Source: Pseudomonadota bacterium (GTDB lineage Bacteria > Pseudomonadota > Alphaproteobacteria > Rhodobacterales > Rhodobacteraceae). From it: a stretch of 64,000 nt of DNA. The stretch covers positions 23,389-87,388 of the forward strand of contig JBCBID010000016.1 of assembly GCA_038525015.1 (NCBI GenBank), given 5' to 3'. Shown here piece after piece: positions 59,477 through 64,000 of this stretch (positions are counted from its first letter, which is position 1; every line of letters begins with the position of its first letter). Position numbers and translations under genes: made by a program. The notes under the pieces were generated by a model. That model was not told the origin of the DNA, did not search any database, and saw nothing but the letters and a program-made list of their open reading frames with translations.

Positions 59477-60874
59477 TCAGTAGGAAGTGCCGGGCTTGCC
59501 CGGATACCAATCTGTTCCGGCGAGAGGAATTTTCGCCATCGCCGCCGCTTCCAGCGTCAGCGCACAAAGGTCTTCGGGTTCAAGATTGTGCAGGTGGTTC
59601 TTGCCACAGGCCCGCGCGATGGTTTGCGCCTCAAGGGTCATGACCTTGAGATAGTTGTTTAGCCGTCGCCCGCCTTCGATGGGATCGAAGCGAGCGATCA
59701 GCGCGGGGTCTTGCGTGGTGATGCCAGCGGGGTCCTGCCCCTCGTGCCAATCGTCATAGGCTCCGGCGGTGGTGCCGAGGGTGTTGTACTCGGCCTCCCA
59801 TTTCGGATCATTGTCCCCAAGCGCGATCAGGGCGGCGGTTCCGATCGCCACTGCGTCTGCGCCAAGGGCCATGGCTTTGGCAACATCCGCACCCGTACGG
59901 ATACCGCCCGAGACGACCAGCTGAACCTCGCGATGCGTATCGAGATCTTGCAGCGCGCGCACCGCTTCGCGGATGCAGGCAAGGATGGGCTGACCGACAT
60001 GTTCAATGAACACGTCCTGCGTCGCGGCTGTACCGCCTTGCATACCGTCCAACACAACCACATCAGCCCCCGCTTTGACGGCAAGCGTGGTGTCGAAATA
60101 GGGCCGCGCGCCGCCGACCTTGATGTAGATCGGCTTTTCCCAATTGGTGATCTCGCGCAACTCAAGGATCTTAATCTCCAGATCATCGGGGCCGGTCCAA
60201 TCCGGGTGACGGCAGGCCGAGCGCTGGTCAATCCCCTTGGGCAAGTTGCGCATCTCGGCCACACGGTCGCTGATCTTTTGGCCCAACAACATGCCGCCGC
60301 CGCCAGGCTTGGCCCCCTGCCCTACGACAATCTCAATGGCATCGGCGCGGCGCAGATCGTCAGGGTTCATACCATAACGTGACGGCAGGTATTGATAGAC
60401 CAGCTTGTCGGAATGGCCGCGTTCTTCGTGGGTCATGCCGCCATCGCCGGTGGTTGTTGACGTGCCCGCCATGGTGGCCCCACGGCCCAGCGCCTCTTTG
60501 GCCCCGCCGGACAGCGCACCAAAAGACATGCCCGCGATTGTCACCGGGATGTCGAGGTGGATAGGGTTCTTGGCAAAGCGTGTACCAAGGGTCACATTGG
60601 TGTCGCAGCGTTCGCGGTACCCTTCGAGCGGGTAGCGCGACATGGACGCCCCCAAAAACAGCAGGTCGTCAAACTGAGGCAGCTTGCGCTTGGCCCCGCC
60701 GCCGCGGATGTCATAGATACCAGTTGCCGCCGCGCGCCGGATTTCCGCGTTCACGGTATTCGAGAAGGTGGCCGACTGGACCGGCATCGTGCGCGGGGCG
60801 CCGTCAGGATCAGGTTTGCGCGGGGCACCGTCAGGATCAGGTTTGCGCGGGGCACCGGTTTGATCATCTTTCAT
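59477..60874 (-). CDS. mgsC: N-methylglutamate synthase FMN-binding subunit
   Basis: GMSFGALS, TTTGDGG, GQGAKPGGGG, SACRHPDWTGPDDL, SGGIRTGADVAK; GAGG before ATG 60874. Confidence 0.88.
   Translation of the reverse strand: MKDDQTGAPRKPDPDGAPRKPDPDGAPRTMPVQSATFSNTVNAEIRRAAATGIYDIRGGGAKRKLPQFDDLLFLGASMSRYPLEGYRERCDTNVTLGTRFAKNPIHLDIPVTIAGMSFGALSGGAKEALGRGATMAGTSTTTGDGGMTHEERGHSDKLVYQYLPSRYGMNPDDLRRADAIEIVVGQGAKPGGGGMLLGQKISDRVAEMRNLPKGIDQRSACRHPDWTGPDDLEIKILELREITNWEKPIYIKVGGARPYFDTTLAVKAGADVVVLDGMQGGTAATQDVFIEHVGQPILACIREAVRALQDLDTHREVQLVVSGGIRTGADVAKAMALGADAVAIGTAALIALGDNDPKWEAEYNTLGTTAGAYDDWHEGQDPAGITTQDPALIARFDPIEGGRRLNNYLKVMTLEAQTIARACGKNHLHNLEPEDLCALTLEAAAMAKIPLAGTDWYPGKPGTSY
60791..60857 (-). 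repeat. 27-bp in-frame tandem repeat (about 2.5 copies) in mgsC 5' end
   Basis: Unit GCGCGGGGC(G/A)CCGTCAGGATCAGGTTT at 60791, 60818, partial 60845; encodes GAPRKPDPD GAPRKPDPD GAPR. Confidence 0.95.
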
Positions 60875-60884
60875 CCTCTGCCCC

Positions 60885-61562
60885 CTAATACGCGTTGTCG
60901 ATGTCAAAATTATAGAGTTTGCGGGCCGAGCCATATCGTTTGAACTCGGACGCCTTGGCGTCGCACTGCCCGCGTTCCAGCAACTCTTCGAGAATGGCGA
61001 TATGCTCGGGCCGCATCTCTTTCTCGATGCAATCAGCCCCCAGCGATTTGACAGAGCCGCGCACAAACAGCCGCGCCTCGTAAATTGAATCGCCCAATGC
61101 GTCGCCTGCATCCCCGCACACAACAAGGTTGCCCGATTGCGCCATGAAAGCAGACATGTGCCCGATATTTCCGTGCACAATGATGTCGATCCCTTTCATC
61201 GAGATGCCGCAACGGGACGACGCATTGCCCTTGATCACGAGCGTCCCACCGTTGCCCGTGGCCCCCGCATATTGCGACGCGTCCCCTTCAACCACGACCA
61301 AGCCGGACATCATGTTTTCCGCCGTACCCGGGCCGACAGAGCCGTGTACATGCACGGTTGCCTGCTTGTTCATACCGGCGCAGTAATACCCGGTAGAGCC
61401 CTTGATGTTGACTTCGATAGGTGCGTCGAGTCCTACAGCGATGGCATGGCTGCCCTTGGGATTAACGATTTCCCAATGGGTCTGGTTGGTGTTGGCGGCT
61501 TGAGCGTGCAGCGTCGCATTCAGCGCACGCAGCCCCTCGGCCTCAAGATCGAATGTCTGCAT
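60885..61562 (-). CDS. mgsB: N-methylglutamate synthase GXGXG-domain subunit
   Basis: GSTGYYCAGMN, GPGTAENMMSG, GNASSRCGISMKG, ARKLYNF. Confidence 0.88.
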   Translation of the reverse strand: MQTFDLEAEGLRALNATLHAQAANTNQTHWEIVNPKGSHAIAVGLDAPIEVNIKGSTGYYCAGMNKQATVHVHGSVGPGTAENMMSGLVVVEGDASQYAGATGNGGTLVIKGNASSRCGISMKGIDIIVHGNIGHMSAFMAQSGNLVVCGDAGDALGDSIYEARLFVRGSVKSLGADCIEKEMRPEHIAILEELLERGQCDAKASEFKRYGSARKLYNFDIDNAY

Positions 61563-61563
61563 G

Positions 61564-62487
61564 TCAGGCGGCCTTGGCCGTGGGGCTATTGTCGTGGGAC
61601 CAGAAATAGACGGTCGCGGGCTCGGGTTCCCACACCTTGGCGTTGTCGATACCGGGCAGGTTCACCAGCGCGCGGTATTCCGATCCGAAGGCCACATATT
61701 GGTCCGTTTCAGCCATCACCGCGGGTTTGCAGGCGATGGGGTCGCGCACAACGCCGAACCCGTCTTTGGTGCCGACAACGAAGGTGAAAAAGCCGTCAAG
61801 ATCATCGAGGCTGGAGGTCAGCGCCTCGCCCAAGGTGGCGCCGGTCTGCATTTTCCAGGTCAGGTAGGCCGCGCCCACCTCGGTGTCATTGTCGGTTTCG
61901 ATATGCACGCCAAGGCGGCGCAATTTGCGGCGCAGCGAGTTGTGGTTCGACAGCGATCCGTTGTGCACGAGGCACTGGTCGATGCCGGTATTGAACGGGT
62001 GTGCGCCCATGGTGGTTACTGCTGACTCGGTCGCCATGCGGGTGTGGCCGATACCGTGCGTGCCGGACATTTTGCGGATGTCAAAGCGCTGTGCCACATC
62101 TTTGGGCAGTCCGACCTCTTTGTAGATTTCGAGGGTGGAGCCATGGCTCATCACGCGCAGATCGGGGCGGATATCAGTCAGGGTTTCGCGGGCGATGGCC
62201 ACTTGGTCGGAAGGCAAGGAGAGGACGGCGTGGGTGTCTTTGACGGCCATCAACACTGTGCCGTTGATGCGTTTGCTCAAGGCGTTGTCGAGCGCATCGA
62301 AGTCTGCTTTTGGTTTGTTTGATTGTACCGTGAGCTTGGCACTTCCCTTTGTTTCTTGGCCATAAATCGCGATCCCAGCACTGTCGGGTCCACGGTCGGT
62401 CATGGTGATCAGCATATCGGCCAGCATGTCACCAAGTTTGGGCTGCAAGGCCGCGTCTTTCAGAAAAAGTCCGACAATCCCGCACAT
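61564..62487 (-). CDS. mgsA: N-methylglutamate synthase class II glutamine amidotransferase subunit
   Basis: MCGIVG N-terminal nucleophile, RGPDSAG, GHTRMATES, HNGSLSNH, NDTEV, RDPIACKP. Confidence 0.9.
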   Translation of the reverse strand: MCGIVGLFLKDAALQPKLGDMLADMLITMTDRGPDSAGIAIYGQETKGSAKLTVQSNKPKADFDALDNALSKRINGTVLMAVKDTHAVLSLPSDQVAIARETLTDIRPDLRVMSHGSTLEIYKEVGLPKDVAQRFDIRKMSGTHGIGHTRMATESAVTTMGAHPFNTGIDQCLVHNGSLSNHNSLRRKLRRLGVHIETDNDTEVGAAYLTWKMQTGATLGEALTSSLDDLDGFFTFVVGTKDGFGVVRDPIACKPAVMAETDQYVAFGSEYRALVNLPGIDNAKVWEPEPATVYFWSHDNSPTAKAA

Positions 62488-62610
62488 GGCAAAGGCACTC
62501 CTAATCATGATCCGGTGTGTGAATCGAAGGCTAGCACCAATCCGCTGCCCGCTCAACCAAAGGGAAACTAAGTTTCACTGCAGTTAAGTCGAGCGTGTTC
62601 GATCAGAGTG

Positions 62611-63240
62611 TCATGTGTTCTGTGGGTAGCTGATGACTGACAGGTAGCGCGCAGGCAATAGAACGAGTTTCTCCGGCCCGTGGGGCGCATCCGCATCAAA
62701 GAACAGAGTGTCACCCGGTTTGAGCGGGAACACGGTGTCGCCGTGGCGATAATCCACCTCGCCTTCGAGCATGTAGATGGTTTCGATCCCGCCGTGCTGA
62801 AAGGTCGGAAAAACGTCGGATTCATCTGTCAGCGTGATCAGGTAAGGTTCGACAATCACACCGGATGCATTTGATCCGACATGGCCGAGCAAATTGTACT
62901 GGTGGTGGGCGCGTGTCCCTTCGCGGTCGATGGAGACACCTTGGCCAGATTTCGTGTGTACCGCTTGTCGGCTTTCCTCGAACCGGCGGAAGAAGCTGGT
63001 CAGGGGCACTGACAGCGCGTTAGCGAGCAGCTGCAACGTAGTGAGAGAGGGAGAGGTATTGCCGTTCTCGATCTTTGACAGCATTCCAATCGACAGGCCG
63101 GTGATCTGGGCCAGTTCGGCCACGGTGATCTCCTGCTGGCGCCGAAACGCCCGTACCTCGCGCCCGATGGCGACCTCGAGCTTCTTTTCGCGTTCGCCCT
63201 CGCGTGTGCGATGAGGATCCTGTGTAAGCTTGCTGGTCAT
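62611..63240 (-). CDS. XRE-family HTH plus cupin transcriptional regulator
   Basis: IGREVRAFR...LAQITGLSIGMLSKIENGNTSPSLTTL; cupin FQHGG.E.IYMLEG...GDTLFFDADAPH. Confidence 0.9.
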   Translation of the reverse strand: MTSKLTQDPHRTREGEREKKLEVAIGREVRAFRRQQEITVAELAQITGLSIGMLSKIENGNTSPSLTTLQLLANALSVPLTSFFRRFEESRQAVHTKSGQGVSIDREGTRAHHQYNLLGHVGSNASGVIVEPYLITLTDESDVFPTFQHGGIETIYMLEGEVDYRHGDTVFPLKPGDTLFFDADAPHGPEKLVLLPARYLSVISYPQNT

Positions 63241-63480
63241 TTCCGTGTCGACTTTCTTTGTGTTCAGGACATCCGCCTTTCAGGCAAGGTGCGCCCAACA
63301 CTTCTGTTCTGGGTAGTTCGATGCAGGTTATAGGTCAGAACTTTCACGAACGAGCGCAAAGGTTGACCGACAGTAAAATAAATCGGGTCTTTGCTGTTCT
63401 AAGATCATCGCCACCGGAACAGCTTAGGTCTGTATGATAGGGGAGGATTTCTGGCACATCGTAACCGCCAAGTCGTGGAG

Positions 63481-63973
63481 ATGAGACAGAAATCCGGAAC
63501 CAGGCGGAGGAGCCACGGCGAGAAGGTCTCCTCAACATCCGCCGCGCCACGCGCAAACGCTACGCGGCTGAAGAGAAGAGACGGATCGTGCTTGATGGTC
63601 TGAAGGGCGAGGACAGTATTGCGGAGTTGTGCCGGTGCGAGAGCATTGCCCAGGGTTTTTATGACAATTGGTCCAAGGAAGTCCTGGAAGCCGGCAAGAA
63701 ACGCCGCGCGGGGGATACTGCACCTGCGGCGATTTCGACTAAGATGACAGACCTGCGTCGTGACCCCGCGATCTCATGGAGGGTATGGCCGAGCAGGCGC
63801 TGGAACTGCGGCTGCTCAAAAAAGCAGGATCGCATCCTCAAGTCCTGCAACCTCGTGACCAGCCCGGCCTATATGGGTCTGTCGGTTGCCGACGCGTTCC
63901 GAGACAAGACAACCCGGCCAAAGCAGCTTTGGCAGACCGACTTCACCGACCTGAAGGTCATCGCCCTGACCTG
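63481..63973 (+). mobile_element. IS3-family insertion sequence remnant (frameshifted orfA fused to an orfB fragment)
   Basis: MRQKSG.. then shifted IRRATRKRYAAEEKRRIVLDGLKGEDSIAELCR; jumps to LVTSPAY....DAFRDKTTRPKQLWQTDFT then stop; DDE core missing. Confidence 0.88.
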
Positions 63974-64000
63974 ACATTTGCTGTGCAAATGCCCGACCGG

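Noticed and set aside
58071-62487. Calling the cluster ordinary glutamine synthetase plus glutamate synthase
   Set aside because: The split three-subunit layout with a GlnT-type ligase matches mgsABC-gmaS.
62564-62576. GAAAC-TAA-GTTTC as operator of the XRE-cupin regulator
   Set aside because: Only 5-bp arms and no second copy found; could be chance.

Overview
High-GC alphaproteobacterial chromosome segment. Gene content and order point to Rhodobacterales/Roseobacter group (inference). 1-19 kb is mostly core: sucA(partial)-sucB-[4 inserted genes]-lpdA, fasciclin lipoprotein, ftsEX-plsC, ZitP-like zinc-ribbon protein, TIGR02302, lysA, argH, tlpA, sterol desaturase. 19-50.5 kb is accessory and more AT-rich by eye: Hint-domain protein, arsRC-gapdh-arsJ arsenate operon, a phosphatase with a putative Pho box, a decayed MarR/TAXI-TRAP locus, and a ~21 kb type-I-like export locus. 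That locus has an RRE-like/M50 peptidase/MFP membrane protein, SapC, two adaptor proteins, a 4168-aa isopeptide-domain adhesin, a TolC lipoprotein and a single-POTRA Omp85, but no ABC or RND pump, and is the most striking feature. 50.7-63.2 kb is a C1/methylamine module: partial serine cycle (hpr, mtkAB, sga, mcl, atypical response regulator) next to the N-methylglutamate pathway (mgsABC, gmaS) and an XRE-cupin regulator. An IS3 remnant ends the window. No rRNA, tRNA or CRISPR array was seen. All family calls come from motif recognition by eye, not database searches.
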